64,000 nucleotides of DNA, taken from contig JALAGF010005593.1 of the NCBI GenBank assembly GCA_030167865.1, positions 1 through 64,000 of the forward strand, written 5' to 3'. The stretch comes from Craspedostauros australis (lineage: Eukaryota). Numbering within the stretch: position 1 is the first letter of the stretch; every line of letters starts with the position of its first letter. The position numbers and the translations under genes are program-made. This document shows positions 36,761-49,357 of this stretch, one piece after another. The notes under the pieces are model-generated. The model saw only the letters and a list, made by a program, of their open reading frames with translations. It searched no databases and had not been told where the DNA came from.

Positions 36761-38983
36761 ATGGCGAACGGACCGTCAGAAGAAGAAGTCGCGGACCTCA
36801 AGGAGGCCTTCGCTATGTTCGATATCAACGGAGATGGTAAGGCAATTTAAGGCAATTTAGCGTAGAGTAATAAAGTATTGTTGAACACGACGAGAGACGA
36901 GATGGGGGAGGAGAGTAGAGCAGCGACGGAGGAAGAAGCAACCAAGAGGAGCGGGAGACGAAAACGAAGGACGGCGAAGGCGCCAAAGCAGGGCGAAACC
37001 ACACGAAGCGAAACGGCAAGACAAGATACAACACAAACCAGCAGCGAATTGGCGGACTGCGGTGCTGATCGCCTCACTGCGACCAGAAACTAGACTTCGA
37101 ACATGAATCGAGTGCGCTGGGGCAAGACATCAACATCAACATCGAGAATACTACGAGCAACAACGACACTGGCAGTAACATGACCATCAACGCACACTCC
37201 GCAAACATCAAGCGCGGCGTAGATGAACGCACGAAACATCCGGAACGGAATCGAGCCGCCATCAACACAGCTCACTGGTGGTTGGTACTCTTCCACATGC
37301 AAATTCGACAAGACACCAGAACGACTTGGATTCCTCCGCAGATGCATGGTCTTTGGAGACGTGGCAAAAGCAACAGAACGATGCCATCATCTGCGAATCA
37401 ATTCCGGTCAGAACATCTTGGAACATAACCCTCATCTGATGAGTACAGCTCCCCGAGATGCGCTGTGCTGCATCAATAGCTATGCAACGATCCATGGACC
37501 ACTCACAGATCAAAAGAGCACCGGATCGATGTCCACGAGAGCTCCTGCTCTGCCACCACACAGCCTGGATCTTCTTTTCATGTCCTGCCTCTGGCTTTAT
37601 CCGCTTTGCCGTCAATCTCCACCTTCTCATCAAGCGGGGGAATGTCGCTGGGACGCATGGGAAACTGTCACGATCAATGATAGATCGGGGCGGCTTGAAA
37701 GGAAGACCCCAAGCAGTTCCTCATGATCAACTGGCTCAATAGAGCGGCGGCCACGACAGCGCCGATGGCGGCAACATCCAAGACCACGACCACTGCGAAT
37801 CCTCTGGGCGATACCTCGTTGAAGCCTCTTTTGTGCGGCGTTCTTATGAACATCTGAACACAGCAGCACTGCTTGGACGCACACCCATGCAAGGGCGGCA
37901 TCTCGACGGTCACAGAGACAGCTTCAAAGAGAGATCAATCCCACAACGACCACCGCCACCGACATCCCATCCCATGCCGTCACATTCACTTCTGCCCTCT
38001 GCTTCGAATCCGCCGATCATCTGATCTGCACCGTCGCTTTGTGCCCTTCAACCGTTTCCTACACTGCACCTGCCCATGTATCGCATCCAACTCACCCCCG
38101 ATCTTGTCCACGTTTTCTGCTTGTCACATCATACTTCCACTACCTTCCAACTCTTCTTTGAACACCCAAATCTTGATGACTCTGGACGGCCGCGACCACA
38201 ACCACAACGACACCATTCCAATACTTCGCTACCTCCCCTCCGGAACTTGATTCTGCACTGATCCGAAACACAAACATTCCACCCTGTAGGAACAATCGAA
38301 CTTCACGAGCTGCAGCAGGTCATGCGAAAGCTGGGACAGAATCCATCCGAGGCTGAGCTCATTGAAATGATCAACTCGGTCGATGATAACGGCGACAATG
38401 AAATTGACTTTGACGAATTCCTGATCCTCATGAAATCGCGCATCGGTGAGCGAGACCCGGAGAAGGAGCTGAGAGAGGCGTTCAAGGTGTTCGATACAGA
38501 CGGCAGCGGCTCCATCGACCGAAAAGAACTCAAGCGACTGATGAAGAAGCTCGGCCAGGCACTGACAGAGGCGGAGCTCGACGCCATGATGGACGAAGTC
38601 GACACCAACGGTGACGGGGTGATCAGTTTCGAAGAATTCAAGGCCATGATGGTACGTTCATCCTCCCGTTCACCTTTTCGTGTCTCTGCACCAAGCTGCC
38701 AATATGCCTGGAGCGGTAACACCAAGTACCACCAGCAGGTCATCTGCTGCAGTGTGAAACAATCCAGCGACGTATTCACAATGCATCGAATGAAGCTGCG
38801 CAAATGGCACACAGAGAGATCGCTGGGCCAATTGGTTGAGTGTTGCTTTCGCATGCATCGTATCTCACCCCATCCGCTTGATCTGCATTTGCTCCTCCCA
38901 AATCCTTTTTGATTGCATCATACTTTTCCTGCCATCTTTATTGCTACGTACAAATACCCTGTCCCCCATCGCAGACGTCCTGA
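36761..38983 (+). CDS. Calmodulin-like EF-hand protein (148 aa), exons 36761-36836, 38290-38651, 38975-38983
   Basis: 76+362+9 nt = 149 codons including stop; loops [48 protein letters not shown]; last exon inferred from GTACGT donor and CGCAG|ACG TCC TGA. Confidence 0.88.
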
Positions 38984-39417
38984 GTCTTCGAAGCAACAAT
39001 TGTGAATACATCGTTCGGGGATTCCTGGAACCATTCCTGTCCATTCTCATTTTTCAAGCCAAAGCAAAGATACAGTCATCGCCATAACAGGCACCGGCAC
39101 CTCCAACGCCACCACAACCTTCAGTCGTCATCCACCGTCGACTGCTGCGTGTAACTGTCCGTCTATACCTATTCTAAACATCAAGAAACAAACCGCAACC
39201 AGCGTCTTCGATCTCCTTGTGAGCATCGTTTCATGACCTCACGTGTGCCTCTCGAGAGACCCATGCTGCTCCACTCTTTTCGCCAATAGTCAGTGCGGTA
39301 TCAAGCACTGTAGTTAGACCAAAAGTGGTGTATGCATTCTACAGATCTCTCTGCTCGCAGACGGCTCCACAATGTACACAAGTATACTCTTGTACTTTGC
39401 ACTACGACCTGTTCTCT

Positions 39418-41031
39418 CTAAAACAGTTCGCTGTTACTGTCTCGACAATGCTGCAGTCTCTTCTCGATCCGTTCCTGAATAGCAGGGATGATGCTGCCGT
39501 ATCCCTCCTTGTCAAACTTTTCCAACGCATGAGTGCTCATGACCACCAGATTGTCGATCGTCGCTGGTTTGGTGTAGTCCCAACGCACGAGCTCCAACAC
39601 CGTTCCCAGTCTTGCTCCCGTCACCCCGCAGCGGTTCCTCCAAACGCCCATCAAGTACTCAACGTCATCGTGATCTATCTCCAGCGGTCCCATGTACAGC
39701 CCTGGTGCCTTTGACTCCGACTCTGAGTTGGTCTTGGAACTGGCGCCTCCTTGCGCTGCTGCTGCTGACAAGGACGCTGACAGGGACAAGGACGCAGCAC
39801 CACCACCCCGAACCAACTTGCCGTCGCGGAGCCAGCCTTCGCGTCGACGCAAATGCTGGAACAGCTTGTTACGAACGTTGCGGCTGAGCCGCTCTCCTGT
39901 CACGGGCTGATGGATCGGCTTTTGGCCGAGCTCGCACAACGCGAGCGCCGCAAGAGATTGGCCCATGATGGCAGGCAGTGGTCCCAGCACCGGCAGCACT
40001 CGGATGCGCATTCCATCCACTGCACCGAATTCAGACTTGTTCGCCGTCGCCTCCTGCTCTTCGGTGAGGTCGGCCAACTTGGCGACGGTCTTTTCGGAGC
40101 TGTAAATGATGGTCATTTGGTCCATGTCATCGAGGTAATCATCCGCCGGAAGGCCCTTCCCTGCTTCTGCTGTTGCTGCTGCATCTCCAGATTCTGAAAG
40201 TGGCTCCTTTGGATACTTGACGAGGACTTTCTTCATTGTGCGTTTCAGGGTCTGCCGGAGCTTGCTCGCCAACGGATCGCGAGACGCCGTGCGCAGATCG
40301 CTGACGTGCAGGCGCGTCATGTCGCTCTTCCCACCAGCCCCCATGCACGAGTAGACGCGGATGTTGTGGCAGATGCAGTAGGCCAGCAAGGCTGCCTTCG
40401 TGGGGACGTCGTCGATGCAGTCAATGACCAGATCCCACTGGTCGTCCTTGTTGGGAAGTTCCAGGAGCGCGGGTCCCGACTCGGCAGTGTACATGGCAAC
40501 CCGGGCATCCACCTGCGTGTCGGGCCGCAATCCCAGCTTGCCCAAGAACGCCTGCACGCAGGTGACCTTGGGGGTTCCCACGTCCTGCAGAGTCGCACAG
40601 GCATGACGATTGAGGCTGCTCAACGTGACCTGATCAAAGTCGATGAGGCGCATGTACTCGGCGCCGCCGCGTCCCAACATCATGGCCGTGTGGGATCCAA
40701 CGCCACCCAACCCGACGACGCAGATCTTGGCATTCTGCAGGGACTTGATACCATCTTCGCCAAAGTACAGCGTGTGGCGTGACAACTGCTCTTCACGCAG
40801 CTCAGGTGAGATTGTGATGACCTTGGTCTTGGAAGCAGCGCCAGATGCTGACGCGAAATCAAGCGATGTGCCTGCGGAACGCGATGCGCTCGAAGAAGAT
40901 CCCTTGTCGCCCGTCCCTTCCTGCTTTGCTTTGAGCAGCCAGCTCAAGATGAGGCTGCAGGACGCACCGATGGCGATGCCAGCCACCAAATTCTGCACCT
41001 GCGCGTTCGTGCTAGTGCTTCTTGACGCCAT
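39418..41031 (-). CDS. tRNA threonylcarbamoyladenosine dehydratase (TcdA/TCD1-like, ThiF family)
   Basis: N-terminal hydrophobic anchor, EQLSRHTLYFG, VVGLGGVGSH, LIDFDQVTLSSLNRHA, IDCIDD, CMGAGGK, DPLASKLR, RIRVLPVLGPLPAIMG, C-terminal ELVRWD...NLVVM. Alternative ATG at 41070. Confidence 0.92.
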   Translation of the reverse strand: MASRSTSTNAQVQNLVAGIAIGASCSLILSWLLKAKQEGTGDKGSSSSASRSAGTSLDFASASGAASKTKVITISPELREEQLSRHTLYFGEDGIKSLQNAKICVVGLGGVGSHTAMMLGRGGAEYMRLIDFDQVTLSSLNRHACATLQDVGTPKVTCVQAFLGKLGLRPDTQVDARVAMYTAESGPALLELPNKDDQWDLVIDCIDDVPTKAALLAYCICHNIRVYSCMGAGGKSDMTRLHVSDLRTASRDPLASKLRQTLKRTMKKVLVKYPKEPLSESGDAAATAEAGKGLPADDYLDDMDQMTIIYSSEKTVAKLADLTEEQEATANKSEFGAVDGMRIRVLPVLGPLPAIMGQSLAALALCELGQKPIHQPVTGERLSRNVRNKLFQHLRRREGWLRDGKLVRGGGAASLSLSASLSAAAAQGGASSKTNSESESKAPGLYMGPLEIDHDDVEYLMGVWRNRCGVTGARLGTVLELVRWDYTKPATIDNLVVMSTHALEKFDKEGYGSIIPAIQERIEKRLQHCRDSNSELF

Positions 41032-41529
41032 TCTCTCAGTCTTCCTGTATTGTGGGATCGGCAGACGCATGGTAGCGTGGATCAGTGCATGCACGTGACC
41101 ACGTGCGGAGGAGGACGACGGTGGCGTGGTTGGAGGTTGCGGATGGAAAACAAAGATGACATCGCTTGGTTTTGGGCTTTTTGGTCGTGGTTGCGGACGC
41201 TCGCGGCCACATGCCAGACCGTTCTTTGATGCACGACTACGGCGACTCACTTGATCAAAACACTGGAACCAGAAATCGTGGTGAGAAAACACACCAAACA
41301 CAACACCATCACACACACACCAAACACACAACTGATGGAACAGAGATGTTGGTGACACAATACCAATACCAATGCCGATAATACCATAATTCGAAGAAGA
41401 GTAGTGTCGTATCGTGCTCTCTACAGGTTCTGGGTGGTTGGGAAGAGACCGGAGAAGGGACTTCAAGAGGCATCGATTCCAGTTCAGGACAGCAGGAGTA
41501 AAGCACGAGCGTCATAGAGCAGCACCACC

Positions 41530-42780
41530 ATGTCATCGCTGGCAGCAACGCAGGCGGATGGGTACTACGTGCCATCCCAGTACGTGGATGCCAACAAGGG
41601 CAAGCAGTTCAGACGCAAGGCCAATGGCAAGGGGCACAGCGCGTACCTGCAGGGCGGGGTGGTGCGGTTTGAGCTTCCGTACAAGGGAATCTGCATCTCC
41701 TGCAAGTGCAGCATCGGTCGAGGCACGCGGTACAATGCGCAGAAGAAGGATGCCAACGAGAAGTACTTCACAACGACGATCTACGAATTCACCATGAAGT
41801 GCAGGAATGACGGTTGCTCGCAGACGTTCGTCATCCGCACCAACCCGAAGGAACGCGGCTTCGATTACTGCAGCGGGATCACCCTGCAGAAGGGACAGGA
41901 GCTCCAGCTGCATGGCGCGGCAGCTGTGGACGGTGCCACTGGCCAGCAGAGCATTGGCGTCAGCAGCACCGCCTCCATGCAAATTCATGACATGTGCAAT
42001 GGTGACATCGTGGTGGCGTCGTCCTCCCTGGACCGGCTGGAGAAGCAGGTGGCGGGACAACGCAAGCTTCTCAGCGTCGAGGATCATCTGGACAAACTGG
42101 AGAAGTGGAACCAGGAAACGACGTTGCGCGATGCCGACCGAAATGCTGAGATACGGAAGCAATTTCGCAAGGACCGTAAGGCGAAAAAGCAACGGCTCAA
42201 GGATGCTTCGTCGAGAGGTTGGAAATCAGGGATGGAGGTCATGGACACGTCCACGAGGTATGATATTCTGAAATCCAAAACAACCGTCTTCGGTGCTTCC
42301 TCCAAGATCAAACAGCAAAAGCAATGGAGCAAGGTGCGATCGACATCCATCTTTTCATCGCCGTCGACATCGCGTCGAAGTAAACGTCAACGTGTGGAAC
42401 AGCGTCGCGCTCGCAACACCAATGGTCACGGTGATGATTCTACGGCACCGCCCGTCACGGTGAGCAGCAGCAGTACCAGCCGCAGTCGCCTTGCTGTATC
42501 GATGCGGCCAGCAGGATTGGACGAAGCGGTGCATCCAGACATTGTCCATTCGCAAGTGAACGACATGCGAACAGAAGCCGAAGTAGAAGCCGATCCTGAT
42601 CATCGTCGCTGCGCAACCACAACCAAAGGAAAGTCCAAAAGGAGGATCCAGGTTTCCGTAGGTTCACAGCTGCGTGTTACACAGGATACACCCGCTCGAA
42701 AGCCATCTCCCAAAGTGCATGGTAATGCTGTGTCGAATCTGCTGAAAGGTTACGGATCAGACAGCAGCAGCGATGATTGA
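41530..42780 (+). CDS. CCDC130: CWC16/YJU2 family splicing factor (CCDC130-like, DUF572)
   Basis: ADGYYVP, VVRFELPY..ICISC...GRGTRYNAQKK, YFTTTIYEFTMKC...C, IRTNPK...DY. Confidence 0.88.
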   Translation: MSSLAATQADGYYVPSQYVDANKGKQFRRKANGKGHSAYLQGGVVRFELPYKGICISCKCSIGRGTRYNAQKKDANEKYFTTTIYEFTMKCRNDGCSQTFVIRTNPKERGFDYCSGITLQKGQELQLHGAAAVDGATGQQSIGVSSTASMQIHDMCNGDIVVASSSLDRLEKQVAGQRKLLSVEDHLDKLEKWNQETTLRDADRNAEIRKQFRKDRKAKKQRLKDASSRGWKSGMEVMDTSTRYDILKSKTTVFGASSKIKQQKQWSKVRSTSIFSSPSTSRRSKRQRVEQRRARNTNGHGDDSTAPPVTVSSSSTSRSRLAVSMRPAGLDEAVHPDIVHSQVNDMRTEAEVEADPDHRRCATTTKGKSKRRIQVSVGSQLRVTQDTPARKPSPKVHGNAVSNLLKGYGSDSSSDD

Positions 42781-42953
42781 ATAAATAACCTCGACTGATT
42801 TGAATCGTCCATTGTTTTCCGCGCTTCGCAAAAGTACAACAAACTCGTACGTAGGTGGACACCACATATGCTCGTGCGCACAACACAACACAATAGAAAT
42901 AGCATGAGTCAGAGTGCCTAAGCACAAAACTTGAAGGATGTCATCGAAGGTCG

Positions 42954-44501
42954 TCACCGTCTCCTGTTAGATTCTCTCCGTTTGCGTTTCTTTCTGCGAT
43001 GCCTTCGCTCGCGCTCCTCTTCATCGGAGCTGGACGAGGGCTCCGAGTCATCATCGTCAGAGGATGATGTGGTGTCATCACTACCCTGCGATTCTGATGA
43101 CGAGGAGTCCGACGAGGAGTGATGCCTTCGTTTACGCTTCTTCTTCTTGTTGGATTTGCTGGATCGTCTCTTCGACTTGTTGCTTTTCCTTTTCTTCCTT
43201 TTGCGTTTTGTCTTCGATTTTCTCCTCTCTCTGGTATCGGTTTCATCATCTCTTTGATTTTCATCATCATTATCATCATGGACGCTGCCGTTGACGGGAT
43301 CACCAAACAGAAGAGATCGTTCCATCATGGCATCTTGGTACGCTGCGGAGTCGCATGCAATTTCTGTGGTCGGTTTGTATCTGGATTGCTGCAGCCGCTG
43401 CTGTTGTTGCAACTTCTGTTGCTTCTGCTTCTGCTCCAGTTGCTGCCGTTTCCATTCTTCCTCTGCCTCGATAAGCTCATCCAACCGTTCCATTTCTAAC
43501 TTGGCATCTGCGCAGTCCGGCTCCAACTTCAATGCTTGATGGAAATGCTTGCGGGCCGATTGGCGTGCTGCCTTGACAGCTGCCGAATCACGCTGTTGCT
43601 GTCGCTCAACACGACCCTCGCGATGATACATGTTGCTGTAATTGATGTTGCTGTCTCTTCCGTGCAGCCGCTGGTGCTGTCTCTGCGGAGCCTGATTCTG
43701 TTGCTGCTGCTGGATCAACGCCCTCCCAATGGCGACCAACAATCCAACGTGCGAGGGCACCAAATCCAATCCTTCTTGAAATACGGATTTCGCCTTTTGG
43801 GGGTTGGACGCCAGCAAGGCGTTGCCTTCTTTCAACCGATCATCGGCGAACATCACATTCTGCTGTGATCGGATGTCCATGTAGTTGTTGGAGGTGAACC
43901 ATGCATTCATCTCCAGTTGTGACGCCTTCCGTTCGTGCTGTTGTCTTGCGCTGTCGCCATCGATATCGATGTGAATGACCGTGGTTTTGCCTGCATCTTT
44001 GTTGGCTTCACCTTGGGTGACGCAAAGCGCTTTGCCATCGTTGGGTGCACTCGGCTCGGAACGATTTGGGTCGCTGGATAGTGCTGGATCTCCCAGCTGC
44101 AGATTGTGGACGATGGAAGGATCGTGGACTGCCAAATCCAGTTGCGCCAGCGAGATTGGCCTTCGCTTGATGTGGAACACTTGTTGAGGTTCCTCCTCTG
44201 GTTCCTCTTCTGATTCCTGCCCGGATGGCTCCTGCTCCTCATTGCTATTGCCATCGCTGTTATCGTCACTACTGCTGCCGTCACTACTGCTATCGCCATC
44301 GCTGCTATCATCGCCACTGCCGCCACTTGTGCCTGATTCACTGCTGCTTCCATCGCTGTTGCTGTCGTCGCTGCTGCTGCTGCTGCTGCTGTCATCGCTA
44401 CTACTGCTACTGCTGCTGGCGGTACTGTCGCTGTCATCGGCCTGTTCCGCTCCATTCTTTTCGCTGCTCGATTCCGAAGAATCATCATCGGAGCTGCTCA
44501 T
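42954..44501 (-). CDS. TPR protein with Ser/Asp-rich N-terminus and Lys/Arg/Ser-rich tail (TTC14-like)
   Basis: TPR-like helices FQEGLDLVPSHVGLLVAIGRAL and HFHQALKLEPDCADA; basic C-terminal tail. Confidence 0.7.
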   Translation of the reverse strand: MSSSDDDSSESSSEKNGAEQADDSDSTASSSSSSSDDSSSSSSSDDSNSDGSSSESGTSGGSGDDSSDGDSSSDGSSSDDNSDGNSNEEQEPSGQESEEEPEEEPQQVFHIKRRPISLAQLDLAVHDPSIVHNLQLGDPALSSDPNRSEPSAPNDGKALCVTQGEANKDAGKTTVIHIDIDGDSARQQHERKASQLEMNAWFTSNNYMDIRSQQNVMFADDRLKEGNALLASNPQKAKSVFQEGLDLVPSHVGLLVAIGRALIQQQQQNQAPQRQHQRLHGRDSNINYSNMYHREGRVERQQQRDSAAVKAARQSARKHFHQALKLEPDCADAKLEMERLDELIEAEEEWKRQQLEQKQKQQKLQQQQRLQQSRYKPTTEIACDSAAYQDAMMERSLLFGDPVNGSVHDDNDDENQRDDETDTRERRKSKTKRKRKKRKSNKSKRRSSKSNKKKKRKRRHHSSSDSSSSESQGSDDTTSSSDDDDSEPSSSSDEEERERRHRRKKRKRRESNRRR

Positions 44502-45152
44502 GCTCCTTCGTTTCGATCCTTCAATGTGCTGCGATGCTCCGATTTCAATCTGCAAACATACGAGCAACATTCATTCATCACGCATGCTCAACGGTGCGCT
44601 TCCTCGATGGAGTTTTGAGAGTGGTTGTTGACGACAGAAGATGTCAACACACACCTTTTTTGTGTGCAAAGTTGGCGCGAAATCAGAATCGAGCTTTTCG
44701 TGGCCGTCGTCAAGTCGGATGAGTCAATCACGTCTCGACAGATCCATCGTCACAAAGTCCGCGCCAAAACATTGGCGCCAAGTTGACATCCGAGCAGCGT
44801 GATGTGCGTTGTCGTCGTGCGACCAGCACATCACAATGAGCCCAAACAAGATGACCTCAACCTCTTCGCCTGCTGTGTGCGTTGTTTGGTGCGAGTATTT
44901 GGTTGAAACAGCAGCGCAAGTATTCTACAGCATGATTCTCTCGAGTCTACTTCAATTGATGTCGCGTCCACTTGCTTTTGCCATCTCGGAATCCTCATGG
45001 TTCGTTTCCAGCCTTGGTGCCGGCAGGCACTGTACTGCAAGTACTACGCCTACGCTGGCGCGACTATTGACAATGGCTCGCTGTCCATCAATCTCCTCCT
45101 GCCAGCCCTTCCTTCCTTCCCAACATTGTCCCGTGTCATGTGCCATATGTCA

Positions 45153-48100
45153 TCATTCATGACTTAACAACAGCAACACAGGCGACAGCGACCCATCGAC
45201 TGATGTCAAGGGCAACTTCGCGAGCTTGGCTTCACCGCTGGCGAGGTCAGCTGGGGAATGAGCCAGCGTCACCGTCCATGTACGCAGAGAGTACATATTC
45301 TTCCTTGTGCGTTCTCCGCCAAGCAAGATCAGCTTTCTGCTCTCCGCAGGATCAGTCCGACTGAGGTTCCGTAACTCACTCTGTTGTTGCATCGGTGCAG
45401 GGGCGTGGAGATGGATCAAACATCAGCACAAGCATTGGTATTGCGATGTGATGCGCGCGTGTGTGTGAGAGAGAGAAAGCACAATACCAATACAGAGGAG
45501 GAAATGCATGGCTTGTTAGAGGTGATGTTTGCATGACCACCATTCATCGTTGCAAGTGGAAGAACGATGCTGGGACGAGGACGAAAAATGCACGTGGTGC
45601 GATCAAGCGATCAAGCATTGAACACACTCGAGTCCCAACTCACCGCGCTCCTTGTGAAGTATGGTTCCACAAGCGAGTTTGCAATCTTGCATGGAAACAC
45701 ATCACCGCCATCTGGCCCGCTGAAAGTTGCGATGATGTGGTACTCGTACTGCGGTGCGAATGGTATTGGTGTTGGTCGGTTGATGAACAGGCGATGGACG
45801 TGGAACCAAGCGAGCCATTCAATGGCAAAGACGAAATTTTGAAAATCGGTAAGTATACGAGTAGAGCCAGATCAAAAGGCAACAAGCAGAACGTGGATGT
45901 GATGTAACGATTGCAATCCAAGGACGAGGAATGAGTGGTTCGGTGAGATCGGTATGGACTGGAGCGTGACTTCACAGTTTTGTGTGGCTTTGGTTGATGT
46001 TACGCGATCTGGCGACACAAGCGGCGACAACAGCTCCCCTCAGCACCCTGACTTACCTTTTGCGATCGATGGCTGTTCGCATCGGCAGGTGCAACACCGT
46101 TGCCCACACTCCCGTTCCTCATCAGCTGTTTGCTTTGCTTGCGATCGCTCTTCTTTCGCTTGCGAATATTAAATATCAGGGAAGGGCCCGACTTCGATGT
46201 GAGGTTGGGTGATACGCGTTGGCAAAGTTGGACCTTCCACACTGTGCCGTAGTACTGCCGGTAAATGTTGATATTGCTGAGACACTGACGCAGGATTGGG
46301 GCCAAGGCCGAGAAGGTCGTGTCTTGGACGGATCCTTGCGATAACATGTCAGGCGGCGTGCAACGTATGTTCCCCAAGACCTGATCTTTGTTCGTGCCGT
46401 TGCTGGCGGTATGTTGTCTCGTACATGATCCTGGCGTCACTTGGCTTGGATGAGGTTCGTCAATATCGATAACGACGGTGGAAGGTTGCGTCCGACTGTG
46501 ATACGGGTTTCTCGCCTTGCCGCTGCCGCTGCTTCCCTTGGTTGTGGGCGTGGAAGTGGCGATGGTTTGAGATCTGGTGAGACGAGAAGTAGGTGCGCCG
46601 TCTCTGCTGCTGGTACTGCCGCTACTTTTGCGTTGGTATGGATTGGAATGTGATCGTGACAGCGGCCTTGCATTCGTTCTCATTTTCGACGTGAATGCGG
46701 CGGATGGCGAAGGCGGGGCTGCCGATAATCCCAAGGGTGTTGCTTCTGGTGTTCCTGACAGTGACGATGTCAAACGTGGTTGTTGCGTGCGTGCAACGAC
46801 TGCCGTCATTGTGGTGGAGGAAGTGCCGGAGGCCGAGAAGGATTGGGAAGCAGGATGGCTGGCAGTTGAATTTGCGGTTGAACTGATGACGCGCGCAGAG
46901 GATGCTGCCGATGAAACTGGAGTTGGCGTTGCGCTGGCTTGCGTTGATGCGTTCCTGTTCGCGTATGGGTTGCTGGGAAATGAAGAACGCTTGGACTCCG
47001 CGGATGTTGCCGTTGCGCTTGGAGACTGTTTGGTGTTTCGAAGGACAGCAGCAGCCGTAGCGAACGCTGTCCCTGCTGTGATGGATTCGGTGGGAACCTG
47101 AGACCGAACTGGGCTGGATTGATGCCTTGTCGTAGAGTAAGTGTTGGCTCTCCGATACGAGTTGGAAATGTTGGAAGCATGGTTGGCATTGCTGCTGATG
47201 GTGTCCTGAGGCGAATCCTCCGTCATGTCAATGACCATTTGATCGGCTGAGCTTCCACGAACAGCCGAAGCCACGTTCGGAGTCACATGCGTATTCACCC
47301 TCAGACTTGCACGTGCGTTGTTTGTGACAGAGCGCGATCTAGCAGGAGGCGGTATATGTCCGTTCCCATTCCCATTCCCACGCATGTGCACATTGCCAGA
47401 TGTACGTGCTGCTGCAGGGGTTGCGCTTATTCTGGTCAAAATGCCACCTTGCCGCTGGGACAGTGCTTGCCGCTGCGAGGCCACATCACCAGATTCCACT
47501 TCGGCCTCGTCTTCATCGTCCTCTCCATTGGTCATCCCATCTCCATCCATGTTGTGAATGTTGGCATTGGGACCAACGAGTGCTCGCAGTGTCGCGTCCA
47601 CCCCAATCCCGCGCTGCGTGTGAGCCTCTTGGTAGGACCGCTGCTGGTGGAGCACCAAAGCTGGGACCTGGCCACCCAGCACAATGGCATTGCCGCCGTG
47701 AAGCATGAGGATACCATGTCGGACATCGATGGGACCCTTGAGGATGATCTTCAAGCCAGCTTTCGAATGGACCGTTAGTTTGGGAATGGGTTGTGATTCC
47801 GTGCCAATCAAATGTTGGTTGTTGCTGTCATGGAATATGCTTGAGGATTGCTGTGCATTCGTTGTTGTCGGAAGCGCACCGTCGCACAGGAAGAGCTTGC
47901 AGCATCTCTTGTGAGGTTGCTGTCTGTTGCCATACCTGCGTTGCTGCTGCTGCTGTCGTTGCTGCTGTTGTTGCTGTTGATATGGCGTATTCCCATTCCG
48001 AGGTGAGGTCGCAGCGACTCCGTTGGGCATGATCTTTGCCAGCCGCGTGTCTGCATTGCAGCTCATGTCCACCAGCTCTTCCATCTGCACCAGAAGGCGG

Positions 48101-48528
48101 AAATTGGCATCGAGCTTGGATTTGAAGTTGGCTGACTGCTGCTTCGATTGCTGCATGGCTTGTCGCAATCGTCTGCTGGCCTGTCCAATGCGAATGTTGT
48201 TGCTGTTCCCGATGCCATCGAGATCCATGGCAGCGACGCGGTCAGCCCTGGAACGCACGACATCCCGCAGATCAGAGTGCAGGATGTGCTTCAGGACATC
48301 GTCGGCCGAGGCTGACCTGCCATCCAGGTGCTGCGGCCGCCTCCGTGTTTGCATGCGACCGTGCTGCGGTTGCTGCTGTTGACAAGCCTCCAGCCAGTCT
48401 GCGGATGGGCACACGCCCACGCTTTCCTGCAGTCTCTGTTGCAGCTGCATGACAGCATGAGACTGTGCTTGCGTTTGGCCTTGTGCTTGATGTGAGTAGT
48501 CATGTTGGTACGAAGAGGAGGTTGGCAT
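45153..48528 (-). CDS. RMI1: RecQ-mediated genome instability protein 1, exons 48528-46057, 45748-45644, 45380-45153
   Basis: N-terminal WLEAC...ILHSDLRD and OB fold LLVQMEELVDMS...KLFLCDG...GTESQPIPKL...GLKIILKG.IDVRHGILMLHGGNAIVLGGQV; two phase-0 GT-AG introns extend the frame to a C-terminal globular region. Confidence 0.88.
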
Positions 48529-49357
48529 CGTTGTGTGGTGTTGTCTTGCTTCGTGTTGTTTGGTATTCTACATACAGTCCGCAGTACTTCTGTTGGATGT
48601 TTCTTCCTTGCCTCCCTTCTGATTCTTGGTTGAACAAGGGTATCAATGCTGTTGGTTCTGTTGGTTCTGTTGGTTCTGTTGATTCTGTTGGTGTCACTCC
48701 TCGTGCTGGCACGATCTTCTGATCTTGTTGTCCCAGAATGATGTTTGAGGAAGTGTTGGCGTGTTGTTGGAGGGAAACCCTGGGTGTTGTTTCCCCTTGC
48801 GTTGGGTTGTCGTTTTTTTGCCTCTCTTGGTTTCGGCGCGTTGTTTTGGTGGTTTTGCTTTTGTTGCCCGCAGTATCGCGTGGTTTGTGGGCGGTGTTGT
48901 GTGTGTTGGCGTGTTGGTTCTGACCTGCTTTTGTCGTGTTTCGATTGTTGTGTGCGTCTGGGTATCTCGCGTTGCACCGTGTTGTTCCACACGATCCTCG
49001 TGTTGTTTGCGCGCTTTTTCGAAGAAGCTCGTTTTTTCCCTCCACCTCGCGACGACGACTCAGATGACTAACTTTTTCGTTTGGTCGTGGTGCTCGTACT
49101 TCTTTTCACAGTTTATTATTTATAATAGGTCCATGTACTGGTATTGGATCTCAGACTGGCCTGATTTTTCGCCAGAGATGGCGATGATGTGTCGTTTCGC
49201 CAAAACAGAACGTGCCGCGCGCGATGAGTGACGGAAGAGGCAACCACACAATCCACGATCTTCATCGAACGGAGGCCTCCACCGGCAGTACCATTCCGTA
49301 CTCGCAGCCTGGATCCATCCGCAACTACCCTCTTGAATCTCTACTGCACACACGATT

